DNA of 64,000 nt from contig JAGIQG010000028.1 of NCBI GenBank assembly GCA_024679065.1, positions 12,772,001 through 12,836,000 of the forward strand. The letters run 5' to 3'. Under the pieces are notes generated by a model. The model did no database searches and was not told the DNA's origin. It saw only the letters and a list, made by a program, of their open reading frames with translations. A program made the translations under genes and the position numbers. The stretch is from Sphyrna mokarran. Lineage: Eukaryota. Within the stretch, counting starts at the first letter, position 1. Each line of letters starts with the position of its first letter. Positions 12,366 through 24,552 of this stretch are shown here, in pieces.

Positions 12366-13195
12366 TGATATTTATAGAGAATTTCCAGTGTGCCTGTATT
12401 CGCAGGAAATTTCCAGCATGAGCCAGAATTTTCAGGCAAGTTCCAGTGAGTGCCAGTATTTACTGAAAATTCCAGAATGTGCCAGTATTTGCAGGGAATT
12501 TCGGAATGCACCAGTATTTACAGGAAATTTCCAATGTGCACCAATATTTACAGGGAACTCCCAGTGCATGCCAGTATCTACAGAGTTCCCAGTATGCGCC
12601 AATATTTACAGGGAATTCCCAGTGTGTCCAATATTTACAGGGAGTTCCCAGTGTGTGCCAGTATTTACAGGGAATTCCCAGTGTACGCTAGTATTTACAG
12701 GGGATTCCCAGTGTGTGCCAGCGTTTCCAGAGAGTTCCCAGTGTGTACCATTATTTACAGGGAGTTCCCAGTGTATGCCAGTATTTACAGGGAATTCCTA
12801 TGTATGCCAGCATTTACAGAGAGTTCCTAATGTGCGCCAGTATATACAGGGAGTTCCAGTGTGCGCCAATATTTACAGAGAATTCCCAGTATGTGCCAGT
12901 ATTTACGGGAATTCCTAGTGTGTGCCAGCATTTACAGGGAATTGCCAGTGTGCATCAGTATTTACAGGGAATTCCCAGTGTGTGCCAGCATTTACAGAGA
13001 GTTCCCAGTATGTGCCAGTATTTACAGGGAATTCCCGATGTGTGCCAGGGAGTTCCCAGTATGTGCTAGTATTTACAGGGAGTTCTCAGTGTGCACCAGT
13101 ATTTATAGGGAATTCCCTGTAAGAGCCGATGTTTGTCAGGAATTGCCAATGTTTACAAAGATTTCCCAGAAAATGTCAATTTTTACAGGTAATTC
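12366..13195. repeat. 30-bp minisatellite, about 27 copies, consensus gtgtgtgccagtatttacagggaattccca
   Basis: Visible 30-bp periodicity; explains the repetitive ORFs (ASIYREFPVC, PVFTGNSQC). Confidence 0.95.
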
Positions 13196-13804
13196 TCATG
13201 GTGCTGTTCATTCATTTCTTTTCCAACACAAATGCTGTTTACGAAGTAAGAAATACTTGCAATTCTGCAGCATCTTTCACAAACTTTGGAATTTTCCAAA
13301 GCATTTTACATTTAGTATTGTACCTTTTATGAAGCGTAGTGACTGATGTGATGTTGGAAATCACACACAGAAATGGTAATGACTAGATAATCTATTTTTA
13401 TTAACTTTGAGGAATTAATATTGTTATATGTTATCTAAATATAATAAATATAGCACTGACTCAAAATGGCACAAAAATGTCAGCCTAGATTTATGTGCAG
13501 AAGCTTTTGCAGTGAAGCTTGAACCTATAATCTTTGGTCCAGAGGCCAAATATTTCCAACAGAACCATAATCAATACATTCTAAAGCTGGAGCCAATATG
13601 GCTTACAATTCTGCCACATTTTGTTGACTGAAATTATGGAAAAGCAAATCAGGCTAAGTCAGAAATCCAAAAGGTTTGGGCTAGTACACTCAGGTGACGC
13701 TTCGAAAAATTCACAAATGAGGATACAAATTCTGAATTCAGTGCACTGGGGAATGGGAACCATTGGAGATGATCAAGTCAAGGACAAAAATAAACATAGA
13801 AAGT

Positions 13805-14536
13805 AGGCAGTGGAATTTTGAATGGAACAGGGTGGAGTCACATCTACTTAATAATCTTGAAGACTTCTATCAAATGGATGCTTAGAATGGAATGTAATGT
13901 AGATTTAATGACGGGCCTTGCCCATCAGCGAGACAGTGGTGAAAGTCTTGGGTTGCTTGTTTTCAGGAAGGCTTGCCACATGCCACATTAAGTGTCAACT
14001 GTGCAACATTGTGCCTTCCCTGGGATCTTGCAACCTGAGGATGGACCCATTCCTTGAGCACTGTCAGATAACTGGATGATGCCAGCTTTTCCTTGCTCAG
14101 GAGGACCACCAGAGAGGTGATGACTGCTGCATCCACCAAAGACTCAGGATCACTGAGGGACCCAGGCTGTGGGTGATTCTGGCAGGGGGATCATGTTGTG
14201 GGGTTCAGAATGTTGGCAGCATTCTTTCAGTACTAGTCCCAGTAGACCCCTTGCTTCTTGATGCTGCATCTCTCAGCATCTGGGTGCCTTCCAACAGGGA
14301 ATCACCCTGGAAACCTCCAAATGCTCCTTACAGGTTGCATACCAACAGGATGAGGCCCTTAAGTGGGTATTAATTGCCCACCTAAGTGCCTCAATTGACT
14401 GCAGGATGGAAAGTCATCCATATATTTATTTGTGGCAAAGGCAGGAAAGTGGTGGGGTCCCCACTACCAGACTTCTACCCAATTAAATCCCTAGCTGCCA
14501 CCAAACTCACCGCAAGGATGGCATTAAATTCTACCC
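13805..14536. mobile_element. Old MITE-like DNA element
   Basis: Ends ggcagtggaattttga ... ttaaattctaccc; interior taattgcccacctaag resembles other GC-rich insertions in the window. Confidence 0.35.
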
Positions 14537-14546
14537 TTACAAACCA

Positions 14547-14647
14547 CTGTAAGAAGTCTGACAACATCAGGTTTAAAATCCAACCGATTTATTTGATAGT
14601 AAACTCGCAAGCTTTCGAGGCTGTCCTCTTCATCAGATGAATGAAAT
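14547..14647 (-). mobile_element. 101-bp Penelope-type pLTR fragment with 12-bp target-site duplication
   Basis: ccttacaaacca at 14535-14546 and 14648-14659; insert shares gtaagaagtct.aca..a.caggtt.aaa.tcc with 28150-28183. Confidence 0.75.
14603..14642 (-). ncRNA. Minimal type I hammerhead ribozyme motif (Penelope-type)
   Basis: Minus strand AUUCAU-CUGAUGA-A-GAGG acag CCUC-GAAA-GC-UU-GCGAGU: intact core boxes, 4-bp stem II, palindromic AAGCUU stem III, stem I with one mismatch. Confidence 0.7.
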
Positions 14648-15204
14648 CCTTACAAACCATTGCCATGGTCAAATCTGGTTGAGTTAAGTTGGTTTCCAAA
14701 AGCCAAGTAGCAAGTCAGGTCAGCAGATGTTTCTCATATCATAGTTGTGCAAAGGCATTTCTATATCATATTATGAATAACAGTGCCATTACTCTTGGAA
14801 TAATCCCCTTAGTAAGTACAATCTTAATGGAGCAGTGTGTGATCTCATGTGAACTTTTCACACATTAAATAACATATTTTTTCTGATGCACAATAAGGAA
14901 ATACATTGTGTCATATACTACTGGACCGAACATTAGAAAGATATCAGCTTTGATGTATTGAACCTGAAATGCAGAAGAACATATAAAAAGAACATCCCAA
15001 GAACTGCAATGGATTGTCATCAGTTTACTTTGAAATGGGATAATGAAGCATGAAAGACATTCTAATCAAAGGAGATAACCACATAACAAGCAATATATAT
15101 ATAATAGAGGTATTTTCATTACAGCGTGTGTTACATAAACAGTTTTTACTTGGAGAGAATGCTAAGTTTACAAAGCAGTGTTTAAATCTTTCTGTGTGGA
15201 GCAT

Positions 15205-15460
15205 TCTCTGCAAATAATGTCACAATCCTGAGAACTCCCAGCAAATCTTGACATGCCATAGGGACCTAATGCAAATATTGGCACATTCATTGGAACTCGA
15301 TGCAAATCTTGATATACTCTGAGGGGCCTTGGCAAATATCAACTCATTTCTACGATGCAGTGAAAATGTTGGCACTCCTCTGGGAACCATGTGCAAATAA
15401 TAACGCTCTGAGACCCCAACAAATACTAACAGACTCCGAGCGACACTTTGCAAATTTTAA
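15205..15460. repeat. Highly degenerate about 30-bp tandem array, 8-9 units
   Basis: gcaaat-like cores at about 15210, 15241, 15271, 15302, 15332, 15362, 15393, 15420 and 15450. Confidence 0.6.
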
Positions 15461-16739
15461 CTCCTAGTGATACAACGTGAACATTGACAGGCTTCCTGAC
15501 ACCCTCTGTTTAAAGAATTGAAAACAATGTTAATTGCTCATAGGAAACAGTGCAAAGAAATAGAAATAGCATGTTGGGAAGAAACAAATGCAGAAAGAAA
15601 TCATCAAATTCTCAAATATATGCACACGATGTACAGAAATTCTAACCAGAGACAGATAAGCTTGTGATCACATGGGACTCCCTTGCACACCATAATTTGA
15701 AGCTGTAGCTCTTGGATTTATATACTCATTTTAACATAATAGACTGCATCAAGACATAATTTGAGGCATGAAGTTACTGGACAGTGAGATGTATTATACC
15801 TAATCTCAATATTATAGACAATAAGGTGACTCCACCCACTCCGTTTCATCAAACTTGAGTGAAGGAAATCATCTTATTACCTAACTGTCACATTGCCATT
15901 TCCCACATGAGCCATGTCCTCCTGCCCTTAAGGACTGAGACGGCCAATTAGTAACCAGTTATTGTGACTCTTCTCAACTGGGTTTGTGCCAGTACATGCT
16001 GGATTGAGTCCACCAAAGCTCATTTGAATCGGGATTCTACCAGCTGCCAAAGAGAGAAGAGTAGACTCGCTCATCAGTCAAAGTTGGTTTCAAACTTATA
16101 GGTGAAAAAACAGTGCTGGTCCTTTACCCAGTCCTGTTTGAGATAAATATTCAAATAATTATCTGGGCAAAATGATCTTTGTTCATTCAAAGTATTCTTC
16201 CCTTTGGGAGTCAGTTGAGAATATCTGTCTTGTGCAACATTGTGTGACTGGAGACACCAGTGACAGTAATATTCAACTGTTCTACAATACTGGCTGTGGC
16301 ACTTTCCTGGCAACTCTCCGACTCAATTCAGTACTAAACAAATCCTCAGGTTTGTCAATAGTTGGGACTGTTCGACTAGTTGGCACCCGATGGTGTTTCT
16401 TGTATTTGTTATGGGTAGTGCGTTTTGCAGTTCTTTTGCCTCCCTTTTGACTTCCTGAATCCCATTCCCCCCTGCAGCCGAGAACACAAGTGGGACTGAT
16501 CGATCTGAGACCATGCCTCTTGAGAGGTGTGAGAATATGGTCTTTAACCTCTCTCTCTCTCCCTCGCTCTCTCTTGTTTTCCTTCACATCCTTCAGCAGT
16601 AGGTCTGTATTTGATACTTCAGCAGAGTTGTGGTCTAACCTTACATCCCATAATTGATGCTACAAATCCAGTGTTATCCCTAACCTTTTTGAAATTTTTT
16701 TGTGCCAAGGGAAAACAATCCACTTACAATTAGTGATAG

Positions 16740-17246
16740 ATTCCCAGGGAGACTTCCCAACTTGTGATGGGCAGTATTAACTATCCAAAGGAAATAAGTA
16801 GCATCAATACATCAAGGGCGGGCTATGTGTGTTGGAGAGGGAGCTGCTGCCAGGGGTTAGTTGGGACTGTGGCAGGGGGGGTTGGTCAGGGAGATCAAGA
16901 TGCCAGAGGATGGGACAGTGTGAAGGTTTGGGGAAATTGGGAGGCCAGCAATCGGGTGATAGGTGGTTTGCACGGCCAGCAATACAGGATCACTACTCTG
17001 CACGTGCTGATCTTGATGCTGACAGATTGGCGCATGCGCAATGGACCGTTCAGCACTATGCTACCAGCCTTTTCAGTGGGAATAGGTTCCAACCCCTGAT
17101 TCTCAGCATGATTCATACTGGGGCTCTCTGTGATGCACAGAATGTGAGAGATTCATTTTGAAAATCCCACTGAAAAAAACCAATAACATTTACTCCAGTT
17201 TTTACGCAAATTTGGCACTTAAAATGGTTGGGGGAAAATTCCACTC
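16740..17246. mobile_element. GC-rich MITE-like DNA element remnant
   Basis: gcgcatgcgc core; ends ggggaaaattccactc, resembling the TIR family seen elsewhere in the window. Confidence 0.4.
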
Positions 17247-19789
17247 AATGAGTTGGATTGTGAGATAATGATGATACTCATCAAACTCTGAAGTTATACC
17301 CTGCTTTCACGGCGAGAAGTTCGAAACTCAGGCAATATCCACTGACAAGGTAAGCTGCATTACTGCTACTGAAGTCACAAACTAAACAGGATTTTATTGT
17401 ACATTTAAAAATACACCTCTCTTTGAAATCTTACCTTTTCCTTTCATAAAATGAACATAACCAGAATTGTATCTTTCAGTACTAAACATTTTCTTCACAT
17501 CAAAAGTCCTCATGCTAGCTATGTCATCATCTAATCGGTCCTCATTGCCATATCACCTTCTACAAAATAAGTGCTATAAACAGAATATCTTATTTTTTTG
17601 AATAGGGTAACAGAAATTCCCTTTTTTTTTAAATAGGATCAGGAAACATCCTGTTATTTCTTTTTTAACAGGATCAGTTTATAAGACAATGAGAATTTAT
17701 GCAGTGACCCATTTTTAACATCCTGTGACCCACCTGTAATTCATGACCTCCACTTTGAAAAAGCCTGTTCTAAAACAAGTACAATAAAGTTAAGACTTCT
17801 TTTACTTTGAGATGAAAACCTATATTCTCTTTAAACAAAGCTGCAAATCTCCCTGTTCCTCATCACCGTGTAACAAAAGAATGAAACAAAAAGAACTTTA
17901 AAACAGTGAATCCCAAACTTTTTCTTGGAGTGTCCCCTTTTAATGCCCACAAAAAGTTTGGGGAATACAAGAGTTGTTGAGTGTGATGTGATTTTTAGCA
18001 GCTGGATGGGGAGGGTAGTCTAAAGCTGCTGAGTGGTGGTCAGAGTGAGCATGTTTAAACTGCAGGGGTTTTGTTTTAAAATAAACACCTACCTTTACAC
18101 AATCTCTTTTGCAGCAGAATCAGACCTCAAAAATTTGTCCATTCAGCCACACCCACCACTAGAACAATACAAAGATTTGAAGGGATATTGCAGCTGTCAG
18201 AAATCATTCTATGTTCTATGGCAAGCTCACAACCACAAAATCTCCTTTTGCAACCCCACTGGGGACCGCAAACCAGTTTGGGAAGTCATTTTTAAAAAGT
18301 AAACATATCCCTCCCCTATCCTCCCCCTTCTCCCTGTACTGCCCCCAACCCCATCCCATTTCAAACCCACTTCATTCCTTTCAAAACTTGAAAATAAACT
18401 GGGAGATGATTCCACCATGTCACAGTAAGTGGAATCATATTTTTAGTTCCACCCCTCAGGAACAGCAACCAAATTGTGAGAAAGGGCAAAATATGGCATG
18501 TTAATGTATCCTCAGAATGACTCAAAGCCACAGCCAATAAACATCTTTTTGAAGCATAGTAATGTAGGGGAAAAGTCAGTCACCATTTTAAGTGCAGCAA
18601 GGCCCCACACAGCAGAAAATGAGATGAATGACCAGTCAACTTTTTCTTTTAATGATGCAGTCTGGAAGAGGGGCAGTTACCACTTCTGACTGTCACTTCT
18701 AGCTAACACAGAATGGACCAAATAAAAGTGCAACATTTTCAGGAGCAAAAAGCACAGGTCAAATCTCAAATTCACCCAAATTAAGCCCAAATCGCAACCT
18801 AGTGCCTGCTTTATTTTTCTTCCTCATTAACAGTAAGCTCTACATAAAAAAACTGTTTCAGCTCTGTGACTAAGTCTTTCTTTTCAGCGCTGGCTGTTAT
18901 TAGTACAATGAAGCAATCCCTCAGTAGCATACAATATGATCACAATGTGGGGATTAGATGCAAAAAAACAGCATTAATGCCCAGCACTGTAGCTCATTGT
19001 TTCTCAATGAATCGTTTTGAAGATTTCCTCAGGACCGGGTTGCTAGTTGGTTTGTTTTTTAAAAGATCACGTAAATGGTCTGTGCTTGTACTTCCAAGTG
19101 ATTTCTTTGTGATGTACCTAATCGTTTTAAAGCCACTGCTTATTTATTAAGGCTTCTGGATGTTAAAGCAGTGAATTTATTTATTTTCAACATTTAGCAT
19201 GCGTGTTACTTGCAAAATTAGTCTCCACATTTGGATAAGGGTTCAATGAATCAGAAAGCAGAGGGTGAATGAGTTGCTGGCATTCTTATTGATAAGTAAA
19301 CGAGCCATAATCTCAACAATTAATTCTACTGTTATCAAGATTTCTCCAAGCACAGAGATTTGAGGTAGTGACATTATCTTCAGCTTAATTGATTTGCGGC
19401 ATGCAACTTAGCAATTCAGGACTCAATTTTAACTCAGTGTAAGTGGATAGACTTTGAATGAGCATTGACAAGCTTTCAAAAATGAAGCAAGATTTGTTTA
19501 GCCACTCAATTCAACCCACAATTTCTTTCCTCTCCCTTCTTTCTCTTGAAGATGTTGGATTCATAATGAGCTGCATATCCACAAGCACTGGTGATCCTTG
19601 TTATTTCACTCAAGTGGCCATTATTCATCAGTGAGGCTTTGTAATGAATGTTGATGAATCATTCAACCACGGAAGGCACACAATCCAAACCTACCCCAGT
19701 TATCACCCAATAGATATCTGCATGCTCTTCCATAAAGGTTTTCTGAATCGTGATCAGAAAGAGAGCCTTGGCCAACTTGCCCTTCCTGA

Positions 19790-21660
19790 TCACAGGTTGC
19801 AAATGGTAAGGGTTCATGATGTTGAGGATAACATATTAACTTGCTTAGAAGATTGATTAAAGGACAGAAAACCAGGAGTAAAAATAAATGAATCTTTTTT
19901 GGGTTGGCAGGTTAGTGAGATGCTACAAAGATCAGTGCTGGGGTTTCAGCTATTTACAGATACATTAATAATTTAAATGAAAGAATTAAGAGTAATGTAT
20001 CCAAATTTAGCTGATTATAGAATACTGGTGAGAAAGTAAGCTGTGAAAGCAAAGACAATGCAAAGGAATATAGGCCAGTTAAGTGATGGATAAGAAGGTA
20101 GCAGATGGAGTATAATGTGGAAAAATGTGAGGAAGGAAAAATAGCAAGACAATGGGACAAAAAAATTTAAACAAGTATGAAAACAGGAGAGAATCGTGAG
20201 TTAAAAATTGAATCTTATCTCACTCTGAGGCAAAAATGAAGGAAGATCTATTTCCTGTCAGCAAGGGGAGGGAGTGGGGCTTAAGGCTGCCAAAAACAGC
20301 GTCTTGTAGCAAAGAGTGCATTGCACATGCATAAGTCTCCCTGTTCTGCACAGTAGACCTTCCACACCAGCTCCCCAACCACAACATGGTCTGGATGATC
20401 ACACACCCCTGCCCTACACAGGCTGTCTAATCCCTCTACCCCAACTAGGGCTGATCCATTCTTCTCCTTCCCCAGGTACAGACTGGCTGATCATTAGTTG
20501 CAGAGTGCACTGATGTTACCTCTCCCTGCCGATCCTGGTTGCAAAGTGCATCTGCCTTTGTCTCAGGTCCCGCCCCCTTTAGACTGGCACTGCCCTTGAT
20601 GCATCCCCCTGCCCCTAATCTCCTGGGGAATCCTCAAGGGCCTCCGGTCCAATCAGAGAGGCATTCATGATCCTTGCCGGGGTGGACCTTTACCAGTAAG
20701 GCCACAAAGGCAAGTGAGCCTGGATGATAATGTCCTGATCTCTCTTGTGATATTTAAAATCTATAAATAGTACAATCAGCCTCATGTCCTTTTCAAGCAT
20801 GAGGTTAATCTCCCAGGCAATATGGTGCCAGTAAGATTGCGAGGCAAGAAATCGAGCTCAAACCTGACTTTTTGGCTCTCTTGTCATCTTACCAACTTGC
20901 CCTGCCCATTGACCGGCAGGGGGAGAAGGTAAGATTACTCGCAATATATTTAAATATTAAATTGAACTATTCAATTTTCATGTCTAGAGGGATTTAGGTG
21001 GTTTTGTACAAGAAGTACAGAAAGCTAACATGCAGGTACAACGAGTAATAAGGAAGGCAAATGGTATGTTGGTCTTTATTGCAAAAGAGTTGTATACGAG
21101 AAAAAGGAAGAGTTCCTGTGAACGTACAGGGTTTTTGGTGAGACCACACCTGAAACATTGTATGCAATTGTGGTCTCCGTGTCTAAAGAAGAATATATTT
21201 GCCAGACAAGGCACAACAAAAGTTCATTAAATTGTTTCCTGGGATAAGAGTACTGTTCAATGAAGATAGATAGAATGGGCCTGTATTGTTTGGTGTTTAG
21301 AAGGATGAAACATTTAAGATTCTGGAAGGCTTGATAGGGAAGCTGCTGGGAAGTTGTTTTTCCCGCTTGAACTCGAGATCATAAGGGAAAATCCTGTTGG
21401 ACTGAGATGAAATGAGATGTCTTCACCCAGAGGATTACGAATCTTTGGAATTCTCGACCTCAGAAGGTGATTGCTCAGTCATTGCTCATGCATATCCCAT
21501 GTTGAGATCAATACAATTTTGCATTTTTAAAGGAATCAAAGGAAATGGGGAGCAGATGGGAATGTACAGTTGAGATCGAGGACCAGCCTTAATCTTATTG
21601 AATGGTGGAGCAAGCTGAAGGAGCCTTATGGCCTTACTGAAACTCATGTTTCTCATATTC
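19790..21660 (+). mobile_element. Decayed CR1 LINE (RT to 3' end) split by a MITE-like insertion at about 20200-20945
   Basis: agatcagtgctggg, tccaaatttagctgat (KFAD-like), ORF MQVQRVIRKANGMLVFIAK...LVRPHLKHCMQLWSP, CR1 tail; insert ends gaatcttatc / ggtaagattac. Confidence 0.8.
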
Positions 21661-21755
21661 TGAGGATAATTGAAGCATCTGGATTTCCATGCTAGCTAAA
21701 ATGATCAACCTCATCACAAACTGGAAAATGAACTTTGAACCTTCCTGGTGTGCAC

Positions 21756-22080
21756 TGCAGCAATTCACCAAAGATCCTTAGACAGCACCTTCCAAATCTA
21801 TGAACACATGAGCAATAGATACATAGGAACGCCATCACCTGCAAGTACCCCTCCAAGCCACTCACCATCCTGACTTGGAAATATATTGCCTTTCCTTCGC
21901 AGTCACTGAGTCAAAATCCTGGAATTCCCTTCCTAATCGTATTGTGGGTCAACGCACAGCAAATGGATAGCAGTGATTCAAGAAGACAGCTCATTATCAC
22001 CTTCTCAAGGGCAACCAGGGATAGTCAATAAATGCTGGCCAATTAGTGATGTCCATTTCCCACAAATGAATTTAAAAAAA
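21756..22080 (+). mobile_element. LINE 3' end (L2/CR1 group); related copies at 23150-23480 (+) and about 32750-33320 (-)
   Basis: ccatcctgacttggaaatatattgc...tcaaaatcctggaattccc...caccttctcaagggcaa...atgaatttaaaaaaa; flanked by tgcac/tgcac. Confidence 0.7.
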
Positions 22081-22840
22081 TGCACAGCTCAGCTACTCAC
22101 TGGATAAATTCTGGCAAGAAATTCGAGCTTTGTAAGAGTGTTCACATAGTGCACCTGCAAAGATGGGCTTACACACTGGTGTGCAGTTTTGATACACCAT
22201 GAGAAATAATCTCAAACTGTCCGTCTTAAAATTGGTAGCTCCAATATAATAGCCAGAATTCTCCAGCCATTCATGCCCTGACACTTCTGCCAGTGGAAAT
22301 GGAGAAACTGGTGCCCAGCCGATCATTGCAGCAGGACCAGAGAAGTCAGTTGGTGTGAACGGCCAGAGAATCCCACCCAATGTCACCTTTACAGTAATGC
22401 AGAACATTTCAGCAGTACAACAAAATACTAAACAATATTCTCTTCGTTTCTAATGCAACTTCCTTTCTCTAGCATATCCCTCTGGAGCCATCTTGTCCTG
22501 TCTCTCACAAATCAATCAAGCCAAAGAAATATGAAAATCAAATAATGTTACTTTGTTGTCCTCGCTTCCCTTCCTACCCTGAGACTATTGCTGCAGCTTA
22601 TGATGCTGCTTCACAACTCCCCAATTAGGATATTGGAATTAAAGTAGATAGCGAGATTGCAATGTTCGCTTCTTAAATATAGTGTGCAATCAATGATTTT
22701 AAACAATTTATTGGTTTGTGTATCTGGAACTTTTTAAAACAGATTATTCAAAACGAGATACAAATTGCTTAAAACATTTTAAAGGTCTTCCTGAGAACAA
22801 AGAATATATTAATTTGTCTGTTTTTTGCATTTTGTGGCTG

Positions 22841-22874
22841 AGCTATTAACATGGCTTAAGCCATGTTAATAGCT
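22841..22874. repeat. Perfect 34-bp palindrome
   Basis: agctattaacatggcttaagccatgttaatagct equals its own reverse complement. Confidence 0.98.
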
Positions 22875-23734
22875 GCAACTACTTGCCAAAACCAATTGAT
22901 TTAGTAACCAGGTAGTTCAAGGGTACTCATTTCAGTTTAAGAAACTTTGTTTACAGCTCACACAAATCTTTGAAGACTTACCCACAGCTAACGGAGATTA
23001 TTCTTGACTTGTTTATGTACCGAATTTAGCTTCAGATCTTTTACATTTCTACCAGAAAAACTTGACCCTCCAGGACAAAGCAGTTAGCTTTATTGGCATC
23101 CATCAATAAACATTCACTTCCTCCATCACCGTTTCAAAATGGCAGCAGATGTACAATGAGATATACTGCAGTAACTTACCAATATTCCTTATATAACATA
23201 TTCCAAACCCATGATCTCTGCCATCTAGAAAAACGAGAGCTGTCGATATTCGGGAACATCGCCACCAGGATGTTCCCGTCCAACCCATTGACCATCCTGA
23301 CTTGCATATATATTGCTATTTGTTCACTATCGCTGGATCAAAATCCTGGAACTCGCTCTCTAACAGCACTGAGGGTGTATCCAACATGCACTGAGACTAT
23401 TGAAAAACGCAGCTCACCACCACCTTTTCAAGGACAATTGGGGATGGATCTCGCCACATCCCATGAATGAATAAAAAAGAGAAAATATGAGACATTCTTT
23501 TCTGTCCAACATTGTCTGACTCAGCAGCCAGAGGCACGGACAGCCCAGGTCTTTCACACTGGGAAGGCTGCTGGAGACCAGCCACTGCTTAGTCCAAATC
23601 AGATGATGATCTCTAGGAGTGGCCATCAACTCAATGCTGGAGATACAACAACATGCGAAACATCAAGAAACTGAGCGCAAATCTGATTTTTTGGCTCTCT
23701 TGTAATCTTACCAACTTTAGGATGCAAGACTTTA

Positions 23735-24552
23735 GGATGGGCGGAGAAGTGGCAGATGGACTTCAACGTGGATAAATGTGTAGTGTTCCATTTTGGCAGG
23801 ACCAATGGGATGAAGGAGTACAATATTAAGGGTAGGAGTCTTAGCAATGTTGACGAGCAGAAGGACCTTGGGGTCTGTGTCCATAGGTCTCTTAAATCGG
23901 CCTCGCAGTTCGAGGATGTGGTTAAGAAGGCGTATGGTGTGCTGGCTTTCATTAATTGAGGGATTGAGTTTAGGAATCAGGAAGTAATCCTGCAACTTTA
24001 TGAGACCTTTGTCAGACTCCACTTGGAGTACTGTGCACAGTTCTGGTCGCCTCACTACAGGAAGGATGTAGAAGCTATTGAGAGGGTGCAGAGGAGATTT
24101 ACAAGGATGTTGCCTGGATTGGGAGGCATGCCTTATGAAGATAGGTTGAGGGAGCTAGGTCTCTTCTCCCTGAAGGAACAAAGGTTGACAGGCGACCTGA
24201 TAGAGGTTTATAAAATGTTGAGAGGCAAAGATAGGGTGAATGCTTGAAGGCTATTTCCCATGGCTGAAATGGTCACTATGAGGAGACACAGGTTTAAGAT
24301 GCTGGGAACAAGTACAGAGGAGATGTTAGGAGTAAGTTTTTCACTCAGAGGGTGGTGAGTGAGTGGAATCAGCTGCCATCAGTGGTGGTAGAGGCGAACT
24401 TGCTGGGGTCTTTTAGAAGACTTCTGGATGAGTACATGGGATTTAATGGGATTGGGAGTTACAGATAGTTCTATGGCTTGGTAGGTATGGATATGATCGG
24501 CGCAACTTGTGGGCTGAAGGGCCTGTTTGTACTGTAGTGTTCTATGTTCTAT
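23735..24552 (+). mobile_element. Relatively young 5'-truncated CR1/HER1 LINE (ORF2 C-terminus, pseudogenic)
   Basis: WAEKWQMDFNVDKC...EQKDLGV...LEYCAQFWSPHYRKDVEAIERVQRRFTRMLPG...GDLIEVYK with in-frame stops; tail gttctatgttctat. Confidence 0.92.

Noticed and set aside
12349-13346. Long Cys-rich repetitive ORFs, and a CRISPR-like look of 30-bp repeats with an internal palindrome
   Set aside because: The ORFs are translations of a minisatellite, open in several frames. Units are contiguous with no unique spacers, there are no cas genes, and the context is a vertebrate intron
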